From Octopus sinensis (taxonomy: Eukaryota): a stretch of 64,000 nucleotides of DNA. This document shows positions 11,176 to 25,847 of the stretch, one piece after another. The DNA lies in assembly GCF_006345805.1 (NCBI RefSeq), contig NW_021836300.1, forward strand, positions 3,718 through 67,717, in the 5' to 3' direction. Under the pieces are notes generated by a model. That model was not told where the DNA came from, did not search any database, and saw only the letters and a program-made list of their open reading frames with translations. Every line of letters begins with the position of its first letter. Position 1 is the first letter of the stretch. Both the position numbers and the translations under genes were made by a program.

Positions 11176-14100
11176 GACGGGCTTCTTTCAGTTTCCGTCC
11201 ACCAAATCCACTCACAAGGCTTTGGTCGGCCCGAGGCTATAGTAGAAGACATTTGCCCAAGGTGCCATGCAGTGGGACTGAACCCGGAACGATGTGGTTG
11301 GTAAGCAAGCTAGTTACCTCACAGCCACTCCTATATATATATATATATACGACGGGCTTCTTTTAGTTTCCGTCTACCAAATCCACTCACAAGGCTTTGG
11401 TCGGCCCGAGGCTATAGTAGAAGACACTTGCCCAAGGTGCCGCGCAGTGGGACTGAACCCGGAACCATGTGGTTGGTAAGCAAGCTACTTACCTCACAGC
11501 CACTCCTATATATATATATATAATACGACGGTCTTCTTTTAGTTTCCGTCCACCAAATCCACTCACAAGGCTTTGGTCGACCCGAGGCTATAGTAGAAGA
11601 CATTTGCCCAAGGTGCCACGCAGTAGGACTGAACCCGGAACTGTGTGGTTGGTAAGCAAGCTACTTACCACACAGCCACTCCTATATATATATATATATA
11701 CGACGGTCTTCTTTTAGTTTCCGTCTACCAAATCCACTAACAAGGCTTTAGTCAGCCCAAGGCTATAGTAGAAGACACTTGCCCAAGGTGCCGCGCAGTG
11801 GGACTGAACCCGGAACTGTGTGGTTGGTAAGCAAGCTACTTACCACACAGCCACTCCTGCGCTGTGTAAAGCACTTTTTGCTACATTTGGTGTTTATTTT
11901 CTAATTGTGCTACCAATCCACTTCCACTTTTTCTGAAATATTTGCTCCCTAATCGAAACTTGATTTGTTCTTTGCCATAGCTCCATATTGCTTATGTGTT
12001 GGGGCCATATAATTTTAAATATACTACGCAAGCATCTCTCTCTATATAAACGGCAGTTTGTCTGTCTGCGCGTCTGTGTGTCTGTTAGGTTGTACCCTCA
12101 CCCTGACCACGGCTTTCAACCGATTCTGATGAAACTTGACACACGCATAGCCCAATGTCATAATTCGAAACTAACGCAGCGAAAATTTTGAAAAGTTCCC
12201 CCAGTTCTGAAAAACAATCGATAAATTCGACATGCGGGTCGAGAATCAGAAACACAAACCACAGACTGTCTAGGGGACGCAACTCGACCTTTTTAACTCT
12301 CCAAAAAAAATTTACCATAATTTTTTTCCCCATTCTTTTGCTATTTTTTGGCTATAACTCTCTAAAAATGCTTTATAGTTATTTCCCTTACAAACCCGAG
12401 CAACGCTGGGCAATACTGCTAGTCTGTTGATAAATGATTGAAACAACAAAAGAACAAAGGTTGGAAATACGGAATGGGAAAATACCTGGGGCCTTGCAGG
12501 CTTTACGACATTCGTCTTCTGTTTCAAAGTTGTTGGCATTGCCACCACAGCCTGTGAATGCGAACCTTATGCATTTGTTGTCTTTCTTTGAGAAATGCCA
12601 GCGACGAGTGACATTGTGGCACCTGCCAGTATTTCGGGGGAGGTCACAGAGATCTAGTGAAAATAGAGGTCAGAGGTCAAAGTTCATGTACAGGTTTGTT
12701 GTTTGTTTGGTCCTTCTCGAGCCACACCTGGCTCATAAGGGCCGGTTTCCCGGTTTCTTTGGCATATAGGTTCCCCACCTGGACAGGACGTCGGTCCATC
12801 ACAGGTGAGCTGCAAGATGCAGGAGGAAAGAGCGAGAGAAAGTTGTGGCGAAAGAGTCAGCAGAAGTTTCGCCATTAACTTCTGCCAGATCCGCTTGGAG
12901 TTTAGGTGTTTTTGCTCATAAACACACACATCGCCCAGTCTGACATTCGAACCTGCGATCCATCAACCGCGAGTCCGCTGCTCTAACCACTGGGCCATGT
13001 GCTTCCACAATGTTCCTTCTCAAGCCACACCTGGCTCATAAGGGCCGGTTTCCTTGGCGTATAGGTTCCCCACCTGGACGGGACGCCGGTCCGTCGCAGG
13101 TGAGCTGCAAGACGCAGGAGGAAAGAGTGAGAGAAAGTTGTGGCGAAAGAGTCAGCGGAAGTTTGCCATTACCTTCTGCCAGATCCGTGTGGAGCTTAGG
13201 TGTTTCGCTCATAAACACACACATCGTCCGGTCTGAGATTCGAACCCACGATCCCTCCACTGCGAGTCTGCTGCTCTAACCACTAGGACATGTGCCTCCA
13301 CCATGTACAGGTGATTAGACTAGAGGTTAGAAGTCCCAGATCCTGGGTATGACTTTAAACTCCATCCAGTAGTGGGGCCCTAGTTCTGGAGTTATAGGGT
13401 TTTGATGAGTGCAGGACCACTTTTTAGTACCCGTTGGTCTCACATCTACTCTGGGCTGGGCCACGCATTGTGTTCTTGAGCAAAACTCTTCATTTCATAT
13501 CGCTCCAGTTCACTCAGCTTGGCAAAAATGAGAACTCCTGTGATGGACCAGCATCCGACCACTACCACCAACACCACCACCACTGTCACCGTCATCATCA
13601 TCGTCATCGTCATCGTCATCATCATCATCATCGTCATCATCATCATCATCACCGTCATCATCATCATCATCATTGTCATCGTCGTTGTCATTTAACATCC
13701 GCTTTCCATGCTGGCATGGGTTGGACAGTTCGACTGAGAACTGGCAAGCCGGGAGGCTGCATCAGGCCCCAATCTGATTTGGCAAGGTTTCTACAGCTGG
13801 ATGCCCTTCCTAACGCCAACCACTCTGAGCGAGTAGTGGGTGCTTTTAATCCTACAATGGACCAGCGTCCCATCCAGGTGGGGAATGTAAATGCCATGGA
13901 AACGAGGAAGGAACTTTACCTTACTATATCATCTCAGGAGTGGAGGCACGTGGCTTAGTGGTTAGAGCAACAACAACAACAAGAACAACAACAGCATCAT
14001 CATCATGAGCAGCAGCAGCAATAGCAATAAGAACAACAACAACAATAATCCTTTCTACTATAGGCACAAGGCCTCAAATTTCGGGGAAAGGGATTAGTCA

Positions 14101-17100
14101 CTTATATCGACCCCAGTATGCAACTGGTACTTAATTTATCGACCCCCGAAAGGATGAAAGGTAAAGTCAACCTTGGCGGAATTTGAACCCAGAACACAGC
14201 AACAAGCAAAATGCAGTTAAGTATTTTGTCCAGCACGCTAACGATTCTTATTTCTTTACTGCCCACAAGGGGCTACACACAGAGGGGACAAACAAGGACA
14301 GACAAATGGATTAAGTCGATTATATTGACCCCAGTGCATAACTGGTACTTATTTAATCGACCCCGAAAGGATGAAAGGCAAAGTTGACCTTGGCGGAATT
14401 TGAGCTCAGAACGTAGCGGCAGACGAAATACCTATTTCTTTATTGTCCACAAGGGGCTAAACACAGAGAGGACAAACAAGGACAGACAAATGGATTAAGT
14501 CGATTATATCGACCCCAGTGCGTAACTGGTACTTATTTAATCGACCCCCGAGAGGATGAAAGGCAAAGTCGACCTTGGCGGAATTTGAGATCAGAACGTA
14601 ACGGCAGACGAAATACCCATTTCTTTATTACCCACAAGGGGCTAAACACAGAGAGGACAAACAAGGACAGACAAATGGATTAAGTCGATTATATCGACCC
14701 CAGTGCGTAACTGGTACTTATTTAATCGACCCCCGAGAGGATGAAAGGCAAAGTCGACCTTGGCGGAATTTGAACTCAGAACGTAGTGGCAGACGAAATA
14801 CGGCTACGCATTTCACCCAGCATGCTAACGTTTCTGCCAGCTCGCCGCTTTAACAACAACAACAACAACAACAACAGCCAGAATAGATTCAACAACAGTA
14901 ACAGCATTCACAACAACAAACACACTGGCCCTTTTTTTAACTTACCCTTCATTGGTTTGCAGGCCCTTTCACATTCTTCCCTGGTCTTGAAGTTATTCTG
15001 GTTACCGCCACACCCACTGTACTTGAACTGACTGCATACGCCTTGCAAACTGTCGTGGTACCATGCAGTAATACGAGAGGAGCATGGACCCACTATTTTC
15101 TGTAGGTGGCACACCTCTGAAATAGACACACAATATGTGTAGGGTGTATATGCTTTTATTCTTTGACTGGTTTCAGTTGTTTGACTGCGACCATGCTGGA
15201 GCACCGCCTTCAGTCGGGCACATCGACCCCAGGACTTATTCTTTGTAAGCCTAGTACTTATTCCGTCGCTAAGTTATGAGAATGTAAACACACCAAATCA
15301 TGTCATTGATTGGTTGAAGTTACCGAAATAGGCCTACATTAATGTGAAATTCCTTCGTAAATATAATTTTTTCTCAAAAATGCTAAGAGTAAAACATGTT
15401 TTATATGACACATTCTACCATCGTCCGAAATTTGAAAGTGTTTAGTTACAAAAAATTATGTTTTAAATCTGTAGGTCAAAAGGTAAAGATCCTTATCCCC
15501 TGCTAAAACATATATAACCATCTATGGAGCAGTATAGAAAAGTTATATCTTTATATATAAAATTCAAGTTGTGTGTGTGAGACTCTGTCTCCTCCGATTT
15601 AGATTCCTAACTACTCCCACATTTTGTGGTGCAGTTTAACCAAAAGCGAGTATCTTATAGTCGTCATTCATATTGAGCCCTTAGTGCGCGTCTACGATGA
15701 GTCTACGATTTAAAAAAAATTTACCATCATTTTTCTGCATTTTGAATGATTTTTGCTCGGGTTATATAAGGGAAGTAACTCTCTAAAAATGCTTATATAG
15801 TTATTTCCCTTACAAACCCGAGCAACGCCAGGCGATACTGCTAGTTTAATAATAAAATAGAAGAATAAAAGCAGAATAAAATATAATTCAAGCCTCTTCT
15901 TATCTCCTCAAAGACATACAGCATCTCGAAAGAGTCCAGAAGCTGGCTACCCACATGGTTCTTGGTTTCAAAAATTTGTCTTATGAAGAAAGGCTGAAGA
16001 CGCTCGACCTTTATTCTCTAGAACAACGCTGCCGCCGTGGTGATCTCATTCTTGCTCACAACATCATAAGTGGAAAGTGTAACCTCTCGAAGGAGCTGTT
16101 CTTCACTCCTGCTCCAGAGCGTCGGCTGCGGGGTCATTCCGAAAAGCTCTATCTGCGACGACTTCATCTCAATCGAAGGAGAGGGTCTTTCTCCGTCCGG
16201 GTTGCGGTTCCGTGGAATAAGCTGCCGGACGGGATAGTGAAGATGCCGACGACCGCTCGGTTCAAAGTCTCCCTTGACTACAAGTGGCCTGAACTCTTTA
16301 CATGAACACCACCCTGTACATAACTCCATGTCCCCCTACATGGCCTTACTTTTTTGATTTTTGAGCCAAATAATTAACTAACTAACTAACTAATAATAAA
16401 ATTGTAGAATAAAAGCAGAATGAAATATAATGAATCACTTAGGACCGAATTATTGAATAAAGAAAAGAGAAATATTCTTTCTCACTGACCTGGTTTTGGC
16501 GTTGGTTTTGTCTGGTTAACTGTGGGAACTGGTTTTGGTGTTCTTGAAGTTATGAAAGTGAAGATTGGGGGTGTCGTTTTAGGCTCACACTTGTTGCGAC
16601 ATTCCAAGAAAGTGGTGAAGCGGTTCGCATTGCCTCCACATCCGCCATACACAAATCTTTCACATCGGCCCAACTTATTGTTGAAGAAGTACTGTTCGCT
16701 GTAGCTGTAGCAGTTTCCTGGCTCCTTTGGCAACTGGCAGACGTCTATGGAGAAAAGGGGAAATGATGAGGGGTGTATAAGGGGAGAAAGACCGGAAGAC
16801 AATGGAATATATATGTAACGATATCATCATCATCATCATCATCATCATCATCGTTTAACGTCCGTTCTCCATGCTAGCATGGGTTGGACGGTTCGACCGG
16901 GGATCTGGGAAGCCAGAAGGCTGCACCAGGCTCCAGTCTAATCTGGCAGTGTTTATACAGCTGGATGCCCTTCCTAATGCCAACCACTCCGTGAGTGTAG
17001 TGGGTGCTTTTTACGTGCACCTGCACAGGTGCCAGGCGAGGCTGGCAACGGCCACGGTCGGATTGGTGTATTTTATGTGCCACCGGCACGGAAGCCAGAC

Positions 17101-17868
17101 GAGGCGGAGCTGGCATCGGCCACGAGTCGGATAGTGCTTTTTACGTACCACCAGACCAGGGATCCTGGCTGGTTCAATTCGATTTCGATTTCGATTCCGA
17201 TTTCGCTTGCCCCAACATGTCTTCGCAAGCAAGGGGGTTGGCATGGGTGCCTGTCGTACGGTCAGATTGGTGTATTTTACGTGCCACCGGCACAGAAGCC
17301 AGTGGAGGCGGCGCTGGCATGATATGAATAACATATTTTTTCAAATGCAGAATTACGATGAAGCCGTATGAAAGATGGCAGAATCCCCAAGGACATACTC
17401 TACGGAGGCGCAATGGCCCAGTGGTTAGGGCAGCGGACTCGCGGTCATAGGATCGCGGTTTCAATTCCCAGACCGGGTGTTGTGAGTGTTTATTGAGCGA
17501 AAACACCTAAAGCTCCACGAGGCTCCGGCAGGGGATGGTGGTGATCCCTGCTGAACTCTTTCACCACAACTTTCTCTCACTCTTACTTCCTGTTTCTGTT
17601 GTACCTGTATTTCAAAGGGCCGGCCTTGTCACTCTCTGGGACTTGAACCCACATCCCTCAAGACTCAAACTGAGTGCTTTACCATTAAGCTAAACTGCTG
17701 TTTGTTGAGAAATTTTTCCACTTTCTAAAGGTGATTCACCTAGTATTTCTGCTGTCTTAACAGCAATTCTGAGTTCAAAATATTATCATCTTATTTGTAT
17801 TATACAATACATATTTTGATGCTTATAAAAAAAGACAAATGCTAGTTTGTATATATTTATATACACGA

Positions 17869-17913
<45 letters not shown>

Positions 17914-17915
17914 TG

Positions 17916-17961
<46 letters not shown>

Positions 17962-17963
17962 TG

Positions 17964-18048
<85 letters not shown>

Positions 18049-18080
18049 ATATATATACATATCTATATACATATATATAA

Positions 18081-18149
<69 letters not shown>

Positions 18150-21100
18150 TATATATATATCATCTTATTTGATGCTTTTTTTCTATGTGAAATGAAGTGT
18201 CCAAAAATTTTGGGGAAATGAAGTGGTACTTATTTATTGACCCCGAAAGGATGAAAGGCAAAGTCGACCTCGGCGGAATTTGAACTCAGAACGTAACAGC
18301 AGACGAAATACCGTGAAGCATTTTGCCCAGTGTGCTAACGATTCTACCAGTTCACCGCCTTCAGGTAAATTAATTAATAATACAAGTCATTAATAATACG
18401 ATTGTTTTATTGTGCAGTACCTTAGAAAACTCTGAAACTCATCAGACAATCAGGTAAACAAGCGAACGATGACCTCTTGAGTAACCCACAGGTATATGTA
18501 CATGCGTAGGGCGGCGAGCTGGCAGAAATGCTAGCACGCCGGACGAAGTGCTTAGCAGTATTTTGTCTGCCGCTACGTTCTGAGTTCAAATTCCGCTGAG
18601 GTCGACTTTGCCTTTCATCCTTTCGGGGTCGATTAAATAAGTACCAGTTACGCACTGGGGTCGATGTAATCGAATTAATACGTGAGTCTGTCCTTGTTTG
18701 TCCCCTCTATGTTTAGCCCCTTGTGGGTAATACAAGAAATAGGTATTCGTCTGCCGCTACGTTCTGAGTTCAAATTCTGCCGGGGTCGACTTTGCCTTTC
18801 ATCCTTTCGGGGTCGATTAAATAAGTACCAGTTACGCACTGGGGTCGATGTAACGAATTAATACGTGAGTCGGTCATTGTTTGTCCCCTCTATGTTTAGC
18901 CCCTTGTGGGTAATAAAGAAATAGGTATATGTACATGCATTCACACACACACACACACGCACACACACACACACACACGCACACACACACACGTGTAAGA
19001 ATACTTGTCTGAATACTCACTTTTCGGCATCGTAGGGGTCCAGGTAGTGTAAGGGGTGGTGGTCATGGATTTCACAACGAAAGCAGAACACAGCTGTTCA
19101 CATTTGTAGATTGAGGCAAAGCGGTTGGCATTTCCACCACAGCCGCCGTAGACGAACTGCTCACACTGCCTTGTGACCATATTGAAGTAATATTGCTCAC
19201 TGTAGGAATAGCATATTCCTGTTTCTTTCGGTAGAGAACACATATCTGGAAGAGTGGAATGGTAGAAGAGTGGAATAGTGAATTAGCAGAATGGTGTCAA
19301 CGAGAATGGAATGATTTTAAAATTCTTCAACAATAAGAGATGCATTGGAAGATAGATAGCACATTTATATCTTTTGCATCAGTTTCTTGAACTTGGAAGG
19401 TTGAGCCTCAAACTAGGCCCTTTGCAATACCCTTAAAACCTCGAACTTATATTTGAAATTAGAAGGTTGAGCCTCAAACTAGGCCCTTTGCAATACCCTT
19501 AAAACCTGGAACTTGAGGCTCAACCTTCCAAGTTCAAATATAAGTTCCAGGTTTTAAGGGTATTGCAAAGGGCCTAGTTTGAGGCTCAACCTTCCAATTT
19601 CAAATATAAGTTCGAGGTTTTAAGGGTATTGCAAAGGGCCTAGTTTGAGGCTCAACCTTCCAATTTCAAATATAAGTTCGAGGTTTTAAGGGTATTGCAA
19701 AGGGCCTAGTTTGAGGCTCAACCTTCCAAGTTCAAATATAAGTTCCAGGTTTTAAGGGTATTGCAAAGGGCCTAGTTTGAGGCTCAACCTTCCAAGTTCA
19801 AATATAAGTTCCGGGTTACACAACATTGCTATGCATAATGTCACTACTAACACACTGTACGATCACACAACCAACAACATCATCATCATTGTTCGACCGT
19901 GGTCGAGACAATGGAATTTACCATGCTACGTCAGACTTCACGGTCCATCATGGCATTACGGAGGTCCTGTTGCTGGATGCCTGTATCCCTGGAGATTACA
20001 TCAGGGTAGGAGAGTGTGTGCCCTCTGGTATCGCAAGTAGATGGCTTCCAGAGGAGAAGAGTAGAAATTGCTTCGTTTTCAGCTCTACAACAATGTCCAG
20101 CAAACTGGACTCTCCTACCTTTCACAAGAGATGACACAGGTGGTAGTTTCCTATATATTTGTACTTTGGTTGGATGACGCTTCCACGAGAGATTTTGAGC
20201 TCTTATAAGGAGGCGAGTGTAGGTTCCATCCAACTGCCTCTCGAAGAGTGTGTGCCCTCTGGTATCGCGAGTAGATGGCTTCCAGAGGAGAAGAGTATAA
20301 ATTGCCTCTTTTTCAACTCAACAACAATGTCCAGCAAACTGGACTCTCCTACCTTTTACAAGAGATGACACAGGTGGTAGTTTCCCATATATTTGTACTT
20401 GGTTGGATGACGCTTCCAGGAGAGATTTTGAGCTCTCATAAGGAGGCGAGTGTAGGTTCCTCCAACTGCCTCTCGAAGAGTGTGCAACCTCTGGTATTGC
20501 GAGTAGATGGCTTCCAGAGGAGAAGAGTAGAAATTACCTCGTTGTCAGCTCTACAACAATGTCCAGCAAACTGGACTCTCCTACCTTCACAAGAGATGAC
20601 ACAGGTGGTAGTTTCCCATATATTTGCATTTGGTTGGATGATGCTTCATGAGATTTTGAGCTCTCATAAGGAGGCGAGTGTAGGTTCTATACAACTGTCT
20701 CTTGAAGAGTGTGCGCTCTCTGGTATTGCGAGTAGATGGCTTCCAGAGGAGAAGAGTAGAAATTACCTCTTTTTCAGTTCTACAACAATGTCCAGCAAAC
20801 TGGACTCTCCTACCTTTCACAAGAGATGACACAGGTGGTAGTTTCCCATATATTTGTACTTTGGTTGGATGACGCTTCCACGAGAGATTTTGAGCTCTTA
20901 TAAGGAGGCGAGTGTAGGTTCCATCCAACTGCCTCTCGAAGAGTGTGCGCTCTCTGGTATTGCGAGTAGATGGCTTCCAGAGGAGAAGAGTAGAAATTAC
21001 CTCTTTTTCAGCTCTGCAACAATGTCCAGCAAACTGGACTCTCCTACCTTTCACAAGAGATGACACAGGTGGTAGTTTCCCATATATTTGCAACCAACAA

Positions 21101-21814
21101 CACAAGGCTAACTACAACAACAATTGCATCAGCAACAATTATATGCTGACCAACTTTTATCGTGACATACCTTTCGGCTGACATATCTTCTCACACTCCT
21201 CTTTAGATTCGTAACGGTTATTGTTGCCGCCACAGCCAGAGTAGAGGAACTTCTTGCAGCGACCTTCACCCATGTTGTAGTACCATTTATACATAATGTC
21301 TGTGCACGACCCGACCTCCTCTTTCAAGTGGCAATAACGAGCTGTGGAGAAAAACAATTAAAGACTATATATATATATATTGAACCATTGGGTCGGTCAT
21401 TAGTTAAGTGTATCTCTACGTGTATATATTTGAATCGAATTGCATATAACAATTTTAATTACAAAAAAAAAACTTTTGGCAACTACTGTATATATATTGA
21501 TAAAAATGGTAAGACAACAAAAGAATGAAAGATACTTCAATATATTGTAAATAGAGGAATTTATCCGTAAAAGTAATATGTGACAATTATTTGGTAGCCA
21601 TGATAAAACTCCGAGTTTCGGATGCCAAGGTGGAAATCCATGCCACCATCTCTTCAGTTATCTGGCCATCGGAAATAATGCTATGAAAATCTGCATAGAA
21701 TTTTAACCGATGGCCAGATAACTGAAGAGATGGTGGCATGGATTTCCACCTTGGCATCCGAAACTTGGAGTTTTATCATGGCTACCAAATAATTGTCACA
21801 TATTACTTTCACAG

Positions 21815-21851
<37 letters not shown>

Positions 21852-22032
21852 ATATATATATATATATATATAATATATATATATATGTATGTATGTATAT
21901 ATATGTATATGTATATATTATATATAGATATAGATATATATATATAGTATATATACACATACACACACACATATATATAAAAGTGTGTATATATATATAT
22001 ATATATATATAAGTATATATGTGTACACACAT

Positions 22033-22064
<32 letters not shown>

Positions 22065-22589
22065 GTATACTCACACACACATACATATAAACATGCACAT
22101 CACAAGCTTTGTTCAGTTTATGTGAACCTAATTCACTGACAAGACATTTGCCTGGACTGAGGCTTACAGTAAAGAACACATGCGTCTAAGGTGCCATGCA
22201 GTGGGACTGAACTGGAAACCATTCGGTAGGGAAGCAAGCTTCTTAACCGTAGGGCCACACTTGCTCATATAAGAAAATCCAAAAGAACGCGTAGAGAACT
22301 TACTGGAAACGACACGCAGTTCCGTTGTTGTCATTGTAGTTGCTGGAGTGGTGAATGGAATATAGGGGGTGGTCCACTCGATCGATGACCCACACCTGAG
22401 ACGACATTCTTCGAAGGTCGCGAAACGGTTGGCATTGCCACCACATCCCCCATACACGAACATCTCACATTTACCCTTCAGTGTGTTGTGGAAATACTGC
22501 TCGATGTAGGCGTAGCAGTGTCCCTTTTTCTTGGGCAACAGGCAGACATCTGCATAAACAGGGGGTAACAGCTGTAGGTTAAGATTCTT

Positions 22590-22627
<38 letters not shown>

Positions 22628-23597
22628 GAGAAACACACACAAACTCTCTCTCTCTATCTCTCTCACATAAACACACATGCATTCACACACATGTTCATAT
22701 ATACACACACACATTCATTTATACATCCATACATCCGTCCATACAAACATACATATACGCACACATAAATACATACATACACACACATACATTCATTCAT
22801 TCATCCATACATACACACACACACATATAGAGATACACACACAAATTCTCTCTCTCTCGCATAAACACACATGCATTCATACAGATGTTCATATATACTC
22901 ACACACACACACACATTCATTTATACATCCATACATCCGTCCATACAAACATACATATACACACACATAAATACATACATATACATATATATGCATACAT
23001 ACACACACACATACATACATTCATACATGCACACACGCACACATGCATACATACATACATAAAAACACACACACACACGCATACATACACATATAGAGAT
23101 ACACACAAACTCTCTCTCTCTCTCTCTCTCTCTCGCATAAACACACATGCATTCATACAGATGTTCATATATACTCACACACACACACACATTCATTTAT
23201 ACATCCATACATCCGTCCATACAAACATACATATACGCACACATAATTACATACATATACATATATATTCATACATACACACACACACAAATACATTCAT
23301 TCATCCATACATACACACACACACACACACATAAATACATACATACATTCATACATGCACATACGCACACATACATACATACATAAAAACACACACACAC
23401 ACACATATAGTGACAGTAACTTCGAAGTTTCGGCTTGTTCTCCTTCAAACTGCCAATCTTTTCCTTGTAGAAGTTTAATAAATTTGTACTCTAGTAAAAT
23501 GTATTGAGTACATTTTAACAGAGTACATGCTTATTGTGCAGTTTAATGTTACATTGTTTACCCATATAACTTGAAATAAAAACAAACCTTAAAACAC

Positions 23598-23637
<40 letters not shown>

Positions 23638-25298
23638 TTGGATGAAAATAATGGAAACCATTTTCTATTCAAACCCTTTAGCATTCAGATTACTCTATGA
23701 AAAATAGTATTATTTAAAAAGCATCTAGTCCACACTGTGAAGTGGTTGCCATTTGGAAGGACAGCCAGCTGTAAAGACCATGCCACACATCGCCTGGTCT
23801 GAGATTCGAACCCGCAATCCCTCGACTGCGAGTCCACTGCTCTAACAACTAGGTCATGTGCCTCCTCATAGTCAATGGTAGATGATGCTATCAAGCCATA
23901 GAGAAGACAACCCACCAGTGCCGGTGGCACATAAGAGAACCATCCGACCGTGGCATGCTAAAAGCACCATCCGATCGTGGCCATTGCCAGCCTCGCCTGG
24001 CCTCTGTGCTGGTGGCACGTAAAAAGCACCATCCGATCGTGGCCATTGCCAGCCTCGCCTGGCCTCCGTGCTGGTGGCACGTAAAAAGCACCATCCAACC
24101 GTGGCTGTTTGCCAGCCTCGTCTGTCACCTGTGCCGGTGGCACGTAAAAAGCACCCACTACACTCATGGAGTGGTTGGCGTTAGGAAGGGCATCCAGCCA
24201 TAGAAACATTGCCAGATCAGACTGGGCCTGGTGCAGCCTTCTGGCTTCCCAGACCCCAGTTGCACCGTCCAACCCATGCTAGCATGGAAAGCACCCACTA
24301 TACTCACGGAGTGGTTGGCGTTAGGAAGGGCATCCAGCCATAGAAACATTGCCAGATCAGACTGGGCCTGGTGCAGCCTTCTGGCTTTCCAGACCCCAGT
24401 TGCACCGTCCAACCCATGCCAGCATGGAAAGCGGATGCTAAACGATGATGATGATGATGATGATGAAATGTCCGAAATAAAAACCATTTAGCAAGGATGT
24501 GCGCCATCTGATACCGTTTTGCGCATAAAAGATTATGACATAAATCTCTCTCTATATAAACGGCAGTTTGTCTGTGCGTATTTCTGTGTGTCTGTTTGCT
24601 TGTACCCTCACCCTGACTACGGCTTTCAACCGATTCTGATGAAACTTGACACACACATAGCCCAATGTCATAATTCAAAACTAACGCAGCGAAAATTTTG
24701 AAAAGTTCCCCCAGTTCTGAAAAAAATCGATAAATTCGACATGGGGTCGAGAATCAGAAACACAAACTGTCTAGGGGACGCAACTCCACCTTTTTTAACT
24801 CTCGAAAAAAATTTACCATCATTTTTTCCCATTTTTTTGCTATTTTTTGGCTATAACTCTCTAAAAATGCTTTATAGTTATTTCCCTTACAAACCTGAGC
24901 AACGCCGGGCGATACTGCTAGTATGTTATAATTTCATCCATGGATGACTAATAATACATACACACTGCTCAAAAACACACATGTACATGCATACGCACAC
25001 TTGTCATTTGACCTATTAGAAACAGCAGCCAAACGGCACCAAATGATACCTACCACATTGAAAAGAAAAAAAAAAAACCTCAGAGGACACACAGACAATG
25101 TGGTCCTTGATATCCTGCAACTGAAAAGGAAAAAGACCCACAAAACTGGTTGGACATGGTTGGACATGGCTGGAAAGCCTTTCAGCCGTAGGTCAACTTT
25201 AGACAACACAAACATCTACATGCACACACCACATGTATAGTACTGACTGAAACATGTAAAAGATAAACAAACAAACACACACACACATGTATATGAAA

Positions 25299-25338
<40 letters not shown>

Positions 25339-25810
25339 TAGAGATAAAACCACAATTAGGCAAATCAAACAGTGAAAAACATAAACCAAAACATAGAAAT
25401 AAATTAATTAATTAAAAATTCTTTTTAAATTTTAACTTTAAATTTAAATAATTTAAATTTTGAATTTTATATTTTATATATTTTGTATATTATATTAATT
25501 AATTTATTTCTATGTATTGATTTATGTTTTTCACTTTGATTTGCCTAATAGTGGTTTTATCTCTAATTTATATATATATTTATACTGTAAAATTAGATTT
25601 AATCCTAAATCTAATTTTCCCCTGTAAGTTTGGATTTACTCCCTAATAATATATATATATATATATAGACATAATACATAAGGTAATAATAAATTATTAT
25701 TACCAGTGGCCTAGCACAAAAAACGAATTAGTCATTAGACTATATATTATTCATATAGAAATACAAGAAGAGGCTTCCAAATAGGAAAGCGTTGTGCACA
25801 ACGCTTATTG

Positions 25811-25847
<37 letters not shown>

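Noticed and set aside
17638-17700. tRNA-like sequence on the minus strand (A and B boxes)
   Set aside because: No acceptor-stem pairing and an irregular anticodon loop; likely a SINE head remnant. The same applies to the other SINE heads.
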